Origin: Amoebidium appalachense
Taxonomy: Eukaryota; Protista; Ichthyosporea
DNA length: 64,000 nucleotides
Reading direction: 5' to 3'
Assembly (NCBI GenBank): GCA_963693365.1
Contig: CAVNZM010000005.1
Location: 5,091,167-5,155,166, forward strand
Part shown: positions 1 to 23,301 of the stretch, piece by piece
Numbering within the stretch: position 1 is the first letter of the stretch
Layout: every line of letters starts with the position of its first letter
Program-made: the position numbers and the translations under genes
The notes under the pieces: model-generated
Seen by the model: only the letters and a program-made list of their open reading frames with translations
What the model was told of the DNA's origin: nothing
Database searches by the model: none

Positions 1-44
<44 letters not shown>

Positions 45-247
45 ATGTGTGCGCGCGTGCGAATGTGTGTGTGTGTGTGTGTAAGTGTGTGTGTGTGTGC
101 GTGGGCGTGTGCGTGTGCATGCGAATGTGTGTCTGTGTCTGTCTGTGTGTGTGGGTGTGTGGGTGTGTGGGTGTGTGGGTGTGTGTGTGTGCGTGCGGGC
201 ACGCGTGTGCATGTATGTTTGTGTGTGTGTGCATGTGTCTGTGTGTC

Positions 248-322
<75 letters not shown>

Positions 323-343
323 TGCATGTGTGTGTGCCGGTGT

Positions 344-383
<40 letters not shown>

Positions 384-451
384 ATGTGTGTGTGCCGGTG
401 TGTGTGTGTGCATGTGTGTGCCAATAAAAGTCCAGTTGGGGGAACACATAC

Positions 452-1431
452 TCTGTGGTAGACATCCTGTGCAGTGGTCTTCTTGCCGTTGTCAAAGGCC
501 AGCATCTTCCTCGTACCGTCCATCAGGCACACACGCAGGTCAAGCTCAACGTCTGATTGGTTGACCTCACCCAATCAGCAACGGCAAAAGAAATCGACCG
601 AAATCGGCCTCAGTATATTTCATTCATGCATCCATCGACTGGAAATGTGGCGCAGAACAAAACGATGCTTTTTTATGGAGTTATTTGACCCACAATATCA
701 ATATTTTAACCATGTATCTGTCGAATAAAATGCGACATATGATAGATGTCTTTGCTTGTTCTGTCCGCGCGCCAGGGGGGGGGGGGGGGGAAGGGGGGGG
801 GGGGGATAATAAAAACACGATAAGAGGTGTGATAATGAGCCACCGTACGACTTTCTGGTGTGGTATCCAAACAAGGTTCTTTGGCTATCCCCTGTCGCCG
901 CTACAGCTTTTTATTGCACATTTGCTTGGCCCCCATCCCCCCCCCCCCCCCCCCCCCCCCCCACCCTCCTCTCCCCCTCCCCCCATCCCCCCCCTCCCCC
1001 CTCCCCCCCCCTCCCCCCCCCCCCCCCCAAGTTTCAGAAACTAACAGATGCTACTACCAAGAATATTGTTGTTACTGCAAAGGCACTTCCGTAACAGCTC
1101 ACAAGCGTGCATCAACAAACGGAAAGACACAGACAGCACACAACCACACATCTCAAGCACATATAACACACACGCGCACACGCACGCACCCACACGCGCA
1201 CACATGGACACCCGTACAAACACGCATGCTCATGCACACACACTCCACAACAACATGGTACACACCTTTTGTGGTCACCTTCTTTTTGCCCCCGCTGGGC
1301 TGTTTGAATCAGCCCGCTGTTAGCAATGCTACTTCAGACGTTTTGTTCGTGTGCAAATGCTAACCTCAACTCTTCTCATTATCCGCCTACACCTTCTAAA
1401 ATTTTGATTCCAAAACCCCACCTTCCCTCCC

Positions 1432-1471
<40 letters not shown>

Positions 1472-3075
1472 TTCCAAATCATTTATACTCTCCTTCACCT
1501 ACTACATGTGGTCGAATGTGCATAAGTGTTTTGGTATCCTGAAATGTTTGAACTCTAACCATGAAATGAGCACCTGACACACAACCCTTTCATGGTAACA
1601 TGTGTATTTCAATTTGTCTCAGTGCGCACAAGGCAGCAGGTAAGGCAACAGGTGACCGGTGGGGCAGTCGGAACAAGAGGAACAGAAACAGAATGAGGTC
1701 CGGCACACATGAATTTCAGAAAGCAGTTATTTTTCTTCACATTAATTATTTATTTATTTCGCCTAATTTTCTTGTCTTTTCGTGTTTTCTTCTTTTTTTT
1801 TGTTGTTGGTAGGAAAGGAGGGGGGAGGAGGGGTTGGGGTTGGGGTTGGGGTATGTGTGTGTGTGTGTGTGTGGGGGGGGGGGGGTAAAGGAGGTAGTCA
1901 AAATAGAACCCACGACAACAGTATGCAGCGAGGGGAGGGGAGGGAGTCGTTAGGGAGGAGATCACCTTTCCGTTTGACGATGAAGACATGGAGCTTTTCT
2001 GCATGCAGACCCATAGCGTAAGAACCAACATCCCAAAACATCAAACACGTGATGGATACTCCGTGCGGCATGAATAGGTGCAAGTGGAAATTTGCTTTAA
2101 GTCGTGTGTGGGCACAGTGTGTGCCTGGGTATATGTGTGACTGAAGCTTGGTTGCCCCGTGTGTACAAGCGGAACTCACGTGCCCGAGTGAATGCGTGTA
2201 AGAGAATCCCCAGGTCTGCTCTCTCCCGCACGGGTAGATGGCTCTCCTTTTATCGATGTCAAACGTATGCACACGAGCACACGTTCTCTTCAAACCCTAC
2301 TTTTTCAAGCAACATGAAGAAGAGAAGCACGTGCTCCGGTGTCAAACATGTACGTCCCATGAACCTTATTATTCATTCGTTGCTCACTATGCCACCCTCT
2401 AGTAAGTCCCCCCCCCATCCCTCCCCCCCCCCCCCTCCCCCCCCCCCCCCCCCCCCGGCCTGCAAGGCGCTCTCCCTTGACCCTCCAACAAGCCATCAAG
2501 AGGCACATTCAAGCCACAGCATCCAATAAAGATTTCAACACACCCAGCCCAAACGCCTATACCACCTCCTCACCTCCATCCCCCATTCAAAACTGGAAAG
2601 CAAGGGTTTTTCGCCAGGAACACATACCCTTGATCCGTTCACGCTGCCTATGGGAATAGCTGCCACGCCTTCAGCCTCTGTCTTGCCTTGGTCCTGGTGT
2701 GCCTTGGTCACAACCTCTGTAGCACCGGAGAACACATGTTAAGTCAGGTCTCGTGTGATGAATGTCAAGCAATATGGTAGAAAAATCTCGGCAGTTTCTG
2801 TGACGCCACTGCTCATGCCATATGGTGGTTCTTCTCTAACCACCCCATAACTACTTATCGGTTCCCGACTTATAATACCTTTTGGGCTTATACGGAAATA
2901 ACCAGCACAAAAATTTATTATCGAAGAATGTAACCGGTTGGGTGTACTAAAAAATATGTTGCAGCTGCAGAATCATGGCACAGCAACAAACTCCGGCCAG
3001 AAGAGAAAACCATGAAAATCCACCGATTTTCAGGTTCAATCTTTCGATCCTTCTTTCTCTTCTCCACTGTTTTAA

Positions 3076-3112
<37 letters not shown>

Positions 3113-4068
3113 ACACACACACACAGACATTTGTCCCACCGCCCATCCGGCCGCTATACCCAATGAGCACAATCATCCACTTGCCCTTCTCCCACGTGTT
3201 CCCTCCACACATTCCATTGCCAAACAGATCTACCCCCCCAAGACTTTGTGTGATCTATGCTGCCTTCCATTCATCTTACACTAGATGTTCTTGTAGATCC
3301 TCCGTTATTGGTTCCCTCCCTTTCTCTCCTTCAATCCCTTCCATATCTTCCTACAGCCTACCGCCAACAACCTTCCTTTCTCCCTGCTCCTCGCCCACTC
3401 CACCCTCCCCCAGACACGCACACACAGACGTTCTCCTTTCAGTGTGGCTGTGTGGCCATCCCTGATTAATACACATACAATGTATAAACAGAACACAATA
3501 AACCCCAACAAGAAAACTCTGGGATGACCCTGGATACAGACTTACCTCCCCCTCTCCTGTACACCATTGCCGATATCGTGCCTGGAGCCAGCATGTTGGG
3601 GTTCTGTGTGTCACAAATGTCACTAACCACTATTATCTGCAAACGAGTGTCGAGGTAGATAATAATTGCACACTGTTTAACAACTACCCCCCCCCCCCCC
3701 CCCCCCTCCCCCCCCTCCCCCCCCCCCCCCCCCCTCCTCCCTCTCCCCATCCAGTCCCCGTCCGTTTTCCTTTCCCACATCAAAGCATACTCCCATCTAT
3801 GAGCCTACAAAGCTCGACACACAGACTAAGGGACATTTACAAGCGTCAAAATGTTAGCATAAAATCTGAAGTCCTTGCCTCTTCATACCATAAGAGCGGA
3901 CGACCCCCTCCCCCCCAACACACACACATACACACAAACACACACCTTCCACGTGCTTTACACGCACAAAGCAAGCACACAGACACAGACACGGACACAC
4001 AGAAACATGCCCGGCGCGCACGCACGCACGCGCGCGCGCGCCCGCGCACACACGCGCACACACACACA

Positions 4069-4104
<36 letters not shown>

Positions 4105-4414
4105 GTGGAAGGGACATGCACAACATAAATGGACATAAGTGCACACAGAGAATGACCCAACACCCGGCGGTATAACACTTATATGTTCATCTTTGTTCCT
4201 ACCACAATCCGTTTTCTCCATTTGTCTTCTCCATATATTGGCACTTTCCCGTCTTTCTACACATCTTCACTCCTTGCTGGCTCCGCCTTCCATATAAACA
4301 GAGCAATATCCCCCCCCCCCCTTCCCGGGGGGGCACAGATCAACCTGATGCATACGGCGGAAACTGTACCTGTCCTGGCTCTATGGGAACAACATGCTGC
4401 TGCGGCTGTGTCAT
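452..4414 (-). CDS. 5' part of a FERM-domain (F1/RA ubiquitin-like lobe) protein gene, KRIT1/FRMD8-like; continues beyond the left window edge
   Basis: Six phase-consistent GT-AG exons: 4414-4370, 3603-3546, 2716-2628, 1998-1966, 1299-1266, 552-452. They translate to [42 protein letters not shown]...[59 protein letters not shown]. The last exon has the 'R-V-x-L-M-D-G-T...T-T-A-Q-D-V' pattern of a FERM F1 lobe (family call from memory). Confidence 0.65.
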
Positions 4415-6554
4415 CTTGCCGGTTATGGGCACGAAGCCCCTGCTAAGGTGAGAGAGGAACAATCAGTCGAAGAAGTGACATTCGATGCGTAGGTTTTCAA
4501 CCGTTTGGTTACCGGGTTGTCCAAATAGATCCATGCAACTATAGTAGCATTTCTCTCGATAATATAAACTGTGCAACAACACTAGGCCCTATACTTTACA
4601 GACCCAGCTACTCAAATTTCTTCATTCATTGATTTCCTGAAAGGTCAGCAGCTCCTGGGGAGCGAAAGATTGCGCGAGCGAAAAATGTCTGATGCAAACC
4701 CTATGGAATGATGCGGCCACATCTCAAGGGAAAAAAAACCTGTCTATACACTCGAAAAATAAATAGGAACTACACACTCACGCATCGCGCGAGTAACAAG
4801 AACAGCATATAAGACATGCACAAACGTGGACCAGGAGACTACACCTTTAAGCAATGTGGAAAAAAAAATGATGTATGGTATATGGGCCTCTTTGACCTGT
4901 CATGGGCAGACCTTGAAGTCAACTACCCACCAATGAAAAAGCTCCATTGGAACATACGACTGTGAAAAAAGTTATTTTGACTGCCAAGAAGTGTTGAGCG
5001 CTTATTGGGTGCCTGTAACTGCCATGTTTGCTTTAAATGTGTGGTCAAAAAGCAGGCAAGCCAGCAAGACTCGGGCGAGGATCTGAAAGCCTAGGTAACT
5101 TACAAAGTGGTTCGAAGAAGTAACGATGGACCTTTCACCCAGGGCAGCAGAACTTATGGACTTCTTTCAGGCTCCAATCAACTACAGTGTAAACAGCGCC
5201 TCTTTCAAGAAAGCTCCAAGTCACATTAACAGGGAAGTGGGAAGATAAGATCTCCAGCGATTCCACTGCCTTCAAGCAAACTGAGCTGTTCCACGCCCCG
5301 TCTCATCAGAAAGACTTCCACCTCAATTCAGTGACCTTTGGAAATATCGGGGAATCGTGGATTCGAGTGGTGGATAAAACATGAAAGTGCTCTACTTTTT
5401 CCTTTCTACGAGATGTCGAGTTTCCCTCTTCCTTGCCAAGATTCTCCGTGTGTGGTTCAAAAGCTTAGTGCTGAGAGCATGGTACCGGTGTGTAGTCTCC
5501 AAGGCTATGTACCCACTGGCTTACGTAAGTGGCTGAGCACTACTCTACGGCAACATACAAGGTATGTTGAGCCGGGCCGCAGGGAGACAGCACTCAAAGT
5601 GACTTTTAACCGGTGTGGCTCGTTTGGCACGGTGTACGGCAAGGCCTCCGATTGTAAATAGGTCACAGTGTGCTATTTAGGAGGCCTTGGTGTTGAGTCA
5701 CCTTGGTTGCTTGGTTGAGTCGGTGATTGGACGGTCAACCTGGGGGTGATTGATTGGATATATATCACGGAAAGCCGGTGCCGTCATGGTGCACCAATAC
5801 CACCGAGAGCGAAGGGAAACCACCGGTCGCCAGGGACCAGGGTCCAGGCAAAATCTGTGCAAAGAAGCAAGCGTGGAATAGGGGATACTATATACCTCAG
5901 AAAAGATTCAAATTACGATACCAATTAAAAAGATAATAAGACTGAAATAGTTCTGGGAGCAACGATGGTTCTTGCACGAAGTACTGAATATGTATGCACG
6001 ATTCCTTCATGTTAGAGCCTTCTCTTGATGAAGATTCGATTGATCAAGAATGACCTACCACGTTGCCCGCCACATCAATGTTGTTTTGCACCCGCTCCTG
6101 TATTTGATAGCCGCTAGTCCAATCACAAATGGCCAGCTAGACCCCAGCGTTTGATTCGCCAACTATTTTGGAAGCACAATGCTAAAGATGCCGTCATGGT
6201 TGATACATGTAGCAGTAAGCTAGTTTTTTTTAATTATATGCAGCCTATAAGTATCTGATACAGACTAAAGACCATAAAGATACGATTCAAAAAGTCCCTG
6301 CAAGGTTCCCTTGTGCCATATTGGGACTGACCGAGTCAGTCGGCAAGAATTAAGAGTAGCTATTTCTGGTTATGGTGTAGGTTCTTTGATTGGTGCATCT
6401 AGCTCGCCATCTAATCTAATCACTGATTTGCTGTTACCGCACCCGTTGACTCCTGCTCTTGCCGGGCGGGAGCCTGTGCTCATCAATCCGGAAAGCAACT
6501 ATGTACTATCTCAATACTGTCTGGAGTATACTGTATGGTGTGTTAGGTTCACAA

Positions 6555-7037
<483 letters not shown>

Positions 7038-8275
7038 TGTAAGCACACACCGTGGCACACCATTGTGCACATACCCAATCGTTCATCGCTTCCCCAGCCT
7101 CGCTAGTGGGAAACACGACCCCTCAACTCCAACCAAAACCTACACGTTCAAGAAAACATCGTAACACACGTACGGGCTCCCAATATTGGTTCATGATCCT
7201 ACGATTCATCAATTTTTAAATTTGTGGTGTGGGAATGTGGCAAACAGGCTTGCTAAAACATGATGGGCCTTGCAGTGGATAACTTAGACATGCATATATA
7301 TCATGATATGTACCCAAAAAGTTACACCACTGCGTCAGACGTGTACCATTATCCACGCAACCCTTCTCATGATCAGCTGAATGCGGGGAATATATCCGGA
7401 CATGAACCGTAGAAACTTAGCAAGGTTGACTCAGAGATCCAACAGCTACTCTCCTTTATTTTCACATCGAGCACATGCAGATATTATTGTGCTAGTGAAC
7501 TAGTGAGTGTATACGAACGTCAATCATAGCTAACGCATGGATGTAATCGATCTGCACATGTCTGTTGATAGTGGGCTCCTGGGGAGCTCATACTCACCCT
7601 AAGACTGTAGTAGTTGTGGTATTCACAAATTTATTCAAATCATCGCTCTCACCTGCGATTAGCAGGCATAATATTATAATAAATGCGCGGATTACCACAA
7701 TAACAAACAGAATCCCTCTTCTGTACTTTGATACAAGTGCAGACTCTTATTATTCGCTTATTATGATACAAATCTATAACTCTCCACATATTAGAAACAT
7801 AATTAACCTCGTACCGGCACAACTTTCCCATGCCTAACGTACCCTTATTATGTGTACTACGATAGAATCATTGTGATTATTCTATAATTGATTTAAATAC
7901 TGATACTCTTCATACTTTTTGTATACACTTAGGCCTGAGTCCCACACAGATATCATCCTAAAATCATATCAACAAACTAACTACACACAGGCGTCGATTA
8001 TCAGTGGTTGTGAACCAATTGAGTTTTGGCCGTAACACTGACAGCATAACTGAAAAAGCCCCGTAATACCTCGCGCTTTATTTCTGAATATATTTGTGTA
8101 CCATACCAAGCAAACACCCATTATTCTGACACATAGCTGCACTTTAGAAAAACAGAAGCTGCAACATTATACTAACCATCGTAATCATATTCACAAGAGG
8201 CTCCGGATATAACAAAATGTGTACACTCCCCGAAAATAAGCGATCACGACAAACAGATCACCTGAGGTTGGGGTT

Positions 8276-16768
<8,493 letters not shown>

Positions 16769-17937
16769 GTTGTGACGCCACACTGGGTTTGTAAAGCGGA
16801 GGAAGCTGGTGACAAGTACACAGGGTATTAGGTGTCCACCCTGATGGTAAGAAGCTGATGAAGCTTGGTAATGGAGCAGGAATCGAGAGAGGATGACGTG
16901 CCAGAGTGGATCTGCAAGTGTCAAGTGGAAGACGCGGAAGGGGGGTTGGGGGAAGGAAAAAGAGAGGAGGGGGGGGAGGGGGGAAGCGGGGGCCCCCGGG
17001 AGGGGGGAGGGAGGTAAAGGAGGAGGAGGGCAAACGAAAGAAGATGACGATGGGGGTTTGGCAGAGAAGCGCTTTCGAATAGCTAGCCTATTCTTTGAGC
17101 TCAACGAATTAAGGGGCTACGTATTGTGACAAGTGTCACAAACCACCATTAATCTTTGCAGACGTTTTCGATGAGTCCAGCAAAAAAAAAATTCAGTGCC
17201 CACCCCGTTCAGGCCCTCACCGGATCTGCGTTGATCATTTTGTTTTGATCATGGCTTCACACTCCTACACTTACGGTATGTATTGAATACCAGCATATTA
17301 TTTTTTTTAGTGCGGAAAAATGCTTTTTTCTTAACATTTATGGCACACACAGAGTGACAGAGTCTGACGACAGGTCAGGTTTGGTGCCAAAAATACAGAA
17401 TACTTAGAAATATTTATTTGTTATTGCATAGGTTTCTTTTTTTTGGTGATTAATATAGTGTATGTATCAGAGAGTTCAGAGCGCGTAGTTCATTATTTCA
17501 GCTTTGAATCTCAGATTCTCTGAGTCGTGAAATTTTGCACAGTCGCCTTTCCAATCCCGCAGTTAGCCGCGGGGGCCAGGCTGTTATACATTCGGACTCC
17601 CTCTGGCTGCTCAGATAATGTCATAGACATAGAGAAAACCAAATCATTTGAATTCTCTCCAATTTGCTCACAGTTGTCAATGTACGAGCCCACTAAACTA
17701 CCTATAACTGCACCCGGAGCAGGCCTACGTGCTACATATAAACGGCGTATATCGTCTCACTACCGGAGTCGAGGGGGAACAGTGGCTCTCTTGTGTATCT
17801 TTTGATTGGTGTATGGAACCACCTTATTCGTCCAATCAGCTAGCACTAGAGTGAAAACCTCGGGTGTTCGAGAGATCTGATCTGGCCCATCATCTGGGTA
17901 CGCGCAACCGTAGGACCCGGCCTGCGGCATGCACCGT

Positions 17938-17992
17938 GGACTGGCCTAGGGGGTTTACACACTTTTATTGCGTAAACCCCCTAGGCCAGTCC
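17938..17992. repeat. Perfect 21-bp inverted repeat (hairpin/cruciform, possible minimal MITE)
   Basis: GGACTGGCCTAGGGGGTTTAC (17938-17958) and GTAAACCCCCTAGGCCAGTCC (17972-17992), with a 13-nt loop. Confidence 0.85.
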
Positions 17993-19261
17993 TGGCCTAC
18001 ACCGTGTGCGAGCTGGCCATGAATGCGCATGCATGAAAAACCGCCGGCCGCGGGAGTCGCACGTGCACGTGCACGGTGATGTTCAAACGTATATGCATAT
18101 GGGCAGGCCTCAAGCTTGGTTTCGAGAGAGCTTCAAAGGGCCCAGCCTAGAGAGAAAAAAGTGGGAACTCGAAGGAGGAAGCAGCGGGCCGGGAGGGGGT
18201 GGACCGCGCGCGCGGGAGAGAGGGAGAGACCCCCGGGCCCACCCGGCCCATCCACACACTGAGAGCTAGAGAGCGTGCGAGGGTGCGAGCGAGAGGGAGA
18301 GAGAGAGAGAGAGAGAGGGAGAGAGAGGGGGGGGGGGGGGGGGGGGAGAGAGAGAGAGAGAGTCACTGAGAGAGAGACAGGTCCGGAGGAGAGGGAAAGG
18401 GAGAGAGAGAGCGGGGGGGGGAGAGAGAGGGGGGGGGGGGGAGGAGGGAGAGAGAGAGAGAGAGAGAGTCACTGAGTGAGAGAGAGACAGGGAGAGGGAG
18501 AGGGGGAGAGAGAGAGAAAGAGAGAGAGAGGAGAGAGAGAGAGCCTGAGAGGGGATGGGGGGGGGGGGGGGGGGGGGGGGGGGAGGGGAAGATCTAGAAA
18601 AGGGGGTGGGGAGGGGAAGAGGGAGAGAGATAGAGAGGGGGGGGGGGAGGGGGGTGGAGCCTCTGAGAGAGCGAGAGAGACATAGGGTGGGGAGGGGGAG
18701 GGAAGGTGGGTGGGAGAGAGGTGGGAATAGTGTGTCTGAAGGAGAGCAAAGTGCAAGTGGCAGAGGGAGAAGGGAAGGCTGTAACTATAGACTACCATCC
18801 GTGTTCATCGGCCATCGGCGGATCGGATGAACCGGGTCCCGTGTCATATTTTTGTGATGAGAAGTTAGTAACACCCGGACCTGAATATAGTGGTGCATGA
18901 TGGTTGGCACACGATGTTTTTCATCTTGAAACAAACGTTTATTCAACTTTCAGATACTAGCTAATATTACTCTGGAAAGTCCGTGAAGGCACAGCATGAT
19001 GCAAGTGTGCTAATGCATGATTGATTTTAATTTCACGGCTCCTCCCGGTCGACTCACATCATTGAATAACACCATGTGTGTGATGGTGTTTACACTACTC
19101 ATAATTTCAATGATAATATATATGCACGTGTGTTATGTTGCATGGTCGATGTGTGAAGTTGGCGGCACAGTGTGGGTTTATGCGAGCTGGGCGCTGAGCG
19201 TGTGTGTGCTTGTGTGTGTATGTGTATGTGTGTGTAAGTGTGTGTATGTGTGCATGTGTGC

Positions 19262-19354
<93 letters not shown>

Positions 19355-20858
19355 TGTGTGTGTATGTGTGTGTATGTGTACACGTATGTACGTGTGTGTA
19401 ACCGTTGTGTGTGTGTGTGCGTGTGCATGTGTGTGTGTGTGCGTGTGTGTGTGTGTGTGTGCCAGTTCTTTCTTTGATTATCTTTGGGCCGGGGGGGGAA
19501 GAAGGGGGTTGGGGGGAGGGGGGTAATTTAGGCATCTGGGGGGGGGGGGGGGGGAGGGGGGAAACATTCAAAAATGAAATATACTGACATCAAACTTACG
19601 TCTACAAATTCCACATGATACAATGGCATAGTTACATGTACATGTTACAGCCCATGGATTGTTCAATATTATCTCAATATACTCTACATCCATAGAAATG
19701 CTACCAGCCTGGGTCGGCACATGTAACTATGCCAGGGATTCAAAGGAACCTGTGTGCGCATCATCACTCGGAGAACCAACATTGATGACCTGAGAACCCA
19801 TCTCCCATGGAACCAGATGTGCGGCCGGGGTTGTCCTTCGATGCACTTGAGAATTATTATACTCCAACTGATCCACCATTTTCTTTTTTTTTTTTTCGAG
19901 TAATTTTGATGGTGCCTCACTGGCGACTATGGTGATTGGTGTAATGGCGGAAGCGTCACCGGCAGCATTTTCTGTTGCATATGCCAAGCCGTTGCCGGAT
20001 ATCACGCTCTGCGTCTGCAAAATTATCCTTCAGTATGGTGCGAGTGACAAAGTATGGGTGGCTGCGTGCATGCAAGCTAACGAGCATGCACTAAGGTGTG
20101 AGTGATTTCAACGATTTTATGTCTGAGTGTGCCACCGGCTATGCAAGATACCAGGTGCCACGATTGTGAGCCTCAGAGGTGCATGTATGACACTATTGAA
20201 TCACGCACCGGCCTGTGTGTCTGTATGTACGTGTGTGCGTGTGTGTGTGGGTGTGTGAGTGTGTGAGTGTGTGCTTGGGTGTGTGCGTGTGAGAGAGTGT
20301 GTGTTTATGTGTGTGTGTGTCACGGTGTGAGCTGTATGGTTATCGTGTCGCGAGACTGTAACAGATTGTCACTGTGTATTGTTTGCGTGGCCGCGAGCAT
20401 GTGTTTTGGGTGGGCGGACGGGAGCGCGAGGGGAAGGGGGGAGGTATGCAGTCTCTCAAATTTAAACTGACCCCAAGGGCTCAGTAACAGCAGCTAACAG
20501 GGAAGGAATGAGACGGGGGGGGGGGGGGGGGGGGGTGGGGAGGGGGCATTCTACCTTTCGGAGTGACCAGAGGAATGTACTACGCTAAGGCACATAAGAC
20601 CCAGGTCACATAGGAAGGTAGACGAGACTAGAGGGTCTAATCTAGAACCAGAATTACCTAAGGGAGAAGAACAGATGCAACCCCAGCATATGCATGTACT
20701 AACCATCCCCCCCCCCCCCCCCCCCCCTCCCCCCGCCTTTTCCCATCCCCCCCCCCCCCCCGGCCCACTGGCCCGCCTCCATCTTCTGTCACTCACACAT
20801 ATGTAGATACGGCCGGGCACGGTGCGCGCGCGCACGAACACACACACACACACACACG

Positions 20859-20910
<52 letters not shown>

Positions 20911-21413
20911 CACATTCACACACACATGCGCGCGCACACACTCACGTGTAGATAAGTAGGTCGGGAGCATATTAACCAAAAAGAACGCCCTATGGTGTGA
21001 GATTTCCTTAAACACAAGTCAAAACGTTAAACGTACCTTCCATTGGCTGTTTGAGCAACCCCCCGCCTTAACATTGCCGCACTCCGCAGGGTCATGAAGA
21101 ACAAAACCAACACCAACCCGCTCTCGATGACGGGCAGTGATAAGTTGATCGGTATCCACGCAACGTACCCCATGATCCGGTTGTAATACACTTTATCATC
21201 TGAATGTGCTGCGGCAAGCGCGGCAAGAATGTAGTAGATTTAGACCGCTGTGAAGATGTTGTGAAGTGTGCAGAAGACCAAATAAACTGCAAAATATCGT
21301 GAGTACTGTCGAGATCAAACGGCTTGAGCGTGGAGCGGACGCGGTAAAGCGCCATCACAAGTGTGATCCCAAACGCTGCATAAAAAGAATAAAGGAAATA
21401 CAGATATATTTGC

Positions 21414-21503
21414 TCTATGAAAAACTACTCCGGGACGTGTGTTGCCTCTAGGGGGACATCCCCTTGGACGAAAGTGAACCTGCAATGGTTGTAAACCACG
21501 GCA
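21414..21503. repeat. Split direct repeat B2 of the YR retrotransposon
   Basis: Identical to 21983-22072 (TCTATGAAAAACTACTCC...AAACCACGGCA). Confidence 0.9.
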
Positions 21504-21632
21504 AGCCCCCAGTCATCAATTTATTGATCCGTGAGGTCCATGTGCCCAAAAAACGGGGGAAGGCTTCGCCCCGTGAAAAAACAGCACGTATGTGTGGATC
21601 AATGGGGGTTGTGTGTGGGTGTAGGTGGGTGG

Positions 21633-22072
21633 GTGAAAAGGAATATATAGCTGTAAGGCTGTGGATGCTAAACACAGAAGATGTGTTTGTAGCTTGCTGA
21701 TCTGCTAAAAACTGTCGTGCTTATATACCTAAGCCTACCGATCTGAACCAATCAAAAATCGATCTAGTGATATGTGAAATCTGATCCGAGCCAATCATAA
21801 CTCGGTCTAGTGATCTGTGGTATCTGATGTTTTGACTGGCTAATAGGTGCCCGTGTGCGGGCAGCCAACCGCTAACTGCTAAAACACGAAATGAAGCCTA
21901 CATGGTTATGTTGGTATCGAACACCCATCCTACGTGTTTACCCAGAAAAATATTTATGTCAATAATTTCCACAAATAAAACCTCTATGAAAAACTACTCC
22001 GGGACGTGTGTTGCCTCTAGGGGGACATCCCCTTGGACGAAAGTGAACCTGCAATGGTTGTAAACCACGGCA
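21633..22072. repeat. Internal A2/B1 repeat junction (copy of the circle junction)
   Basis: 21633-21982 matches 26533-26882, and 21983-22072 matches 21414-21503. The junction ...AAATAAAACC|TCTATGAAAA... fuses the two outer termini. Confidence 0.9.
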
Positions 22073-22100
22073 CGAGAGCAGTAAGCTTGCTCCAAAGGTT

Positions 22101-23301
22101 TCACTTAAGAATAGAGGCGAATACACGTGTGGTGGTGGCAGCAATGGAGGCCGGACGAAGTCGGGTATAGATCAGGAAGCAGTCGGAGGACCACCGGCCG
22201 AGTTGTTTGATCCGGGAGTCGTCGACCCCGGCCTCAGCCAGTGCTGTGGCCCCCCCGATGCGGAGGCTGTGTCCGGCAAACCGGGAGGGTGAGAGGCCTG
22301 CCCGGGAGAGGAGGGCACGGAAATCGGCAGAGAAAGCACTCTTGGTGTAGGGGATGCCACCGAGACTGAAGAGGGGGTCGTCGGGTTGACCGGACGTTGT
22401 ATCCAGGAACTGCCGGAGGAGATGGGCTGGGGAGAAGTGGGTGAGGGGCAGGGCAGCTAGGGTGACGTTGACACCTCGGGCCTGTACATCCGTCTTAGAG
22501 GTTGGCAGGTGGAGGGTGGCATGGGACAAAGTACCGGTGGGGGTGTAGCTGAAGGTCACGTCCTTCCGTTTAACGTGACGGGACGGGTCGAAAGAAGTCA
22601 GGGTCTTGGAGGTAAATTCCCCTGAACGGAGGAGACCACAGAAACCGACGATGAGGGCCGTCCATAGCCGGAGATTGGCCGAGGAGGCCTTGGTGGGGCA
22701 CTGGCCGTGGAGTAGGTGGAGGTGGGAGGGGAGGAGGGGTTCCCTGGTGGATGAGCGGGGTCGGATGTTGTGAGAAAGCTGCCATCGGCCTACCCCCCCG
22801 TAGGAACCAGGCCAGAGACTTGTCGTGGGGGTAGGGAGCAGGGAGGCCCATGTCGAGGTGGAGCCTGGTGATGGCCGAATTGTAGCCGGTTAAGGAAGAG
22901 GCCTGTACCCCTCGTTGGGCACACCAGGCGAGAAAAAGTTGCACGGTGTGTGGGGAGGCCGGGAGGGAGGACCCGGAGGAGGATTGCAGCCGAGATGCCA
23001 CACAGAAATCGATGAACACTTTTTGCACCCGGGAGTAAAAGGCCCGAGAGTCGAGGTTGAGACTCAGGGCCTGGCATTCCTGCAGGGTAGTGGTGGCTCG
23101 AAGCAGCTCGGCCGGAGCAAAGTGGGGGGCCAATCTGCCAGTGTTGCTCCGGAACGGGAGATCTGGGGGGGGGGGGGGGGGGGGGTTAGCCCAAGGGAAG
23201 GGATAGGAACTCGTGGACCCAGGAGGGGAAGGGGCAGGGCTCCGGTTGCAGGGAAGGTCGGAGTCGTCGGGCCCGGGGAAGTTGGTTACGAGAAATGGCA
23301 T
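22101..23301 (-). CDS. Tyrosine recombinase of the retrotransposon (one +1 frameshift in a G run at about 22793-22799)
   Basis: Removing one G joins ORF 23301-22570 to ORF 22559-22101. The joined protein has GLLRSGEF (R), SKTD (K), GHSLRIGGAT (HxxR), LGRWSS (W) and FLIYTR (Y), the full YR catalytic set. Confidence 0.9.

Noticed and set aside
17511-17805. Short ORFs open on both strands upstream of the P450
   Set aside because: No recognisable domain and no supported splice partners or clear start.
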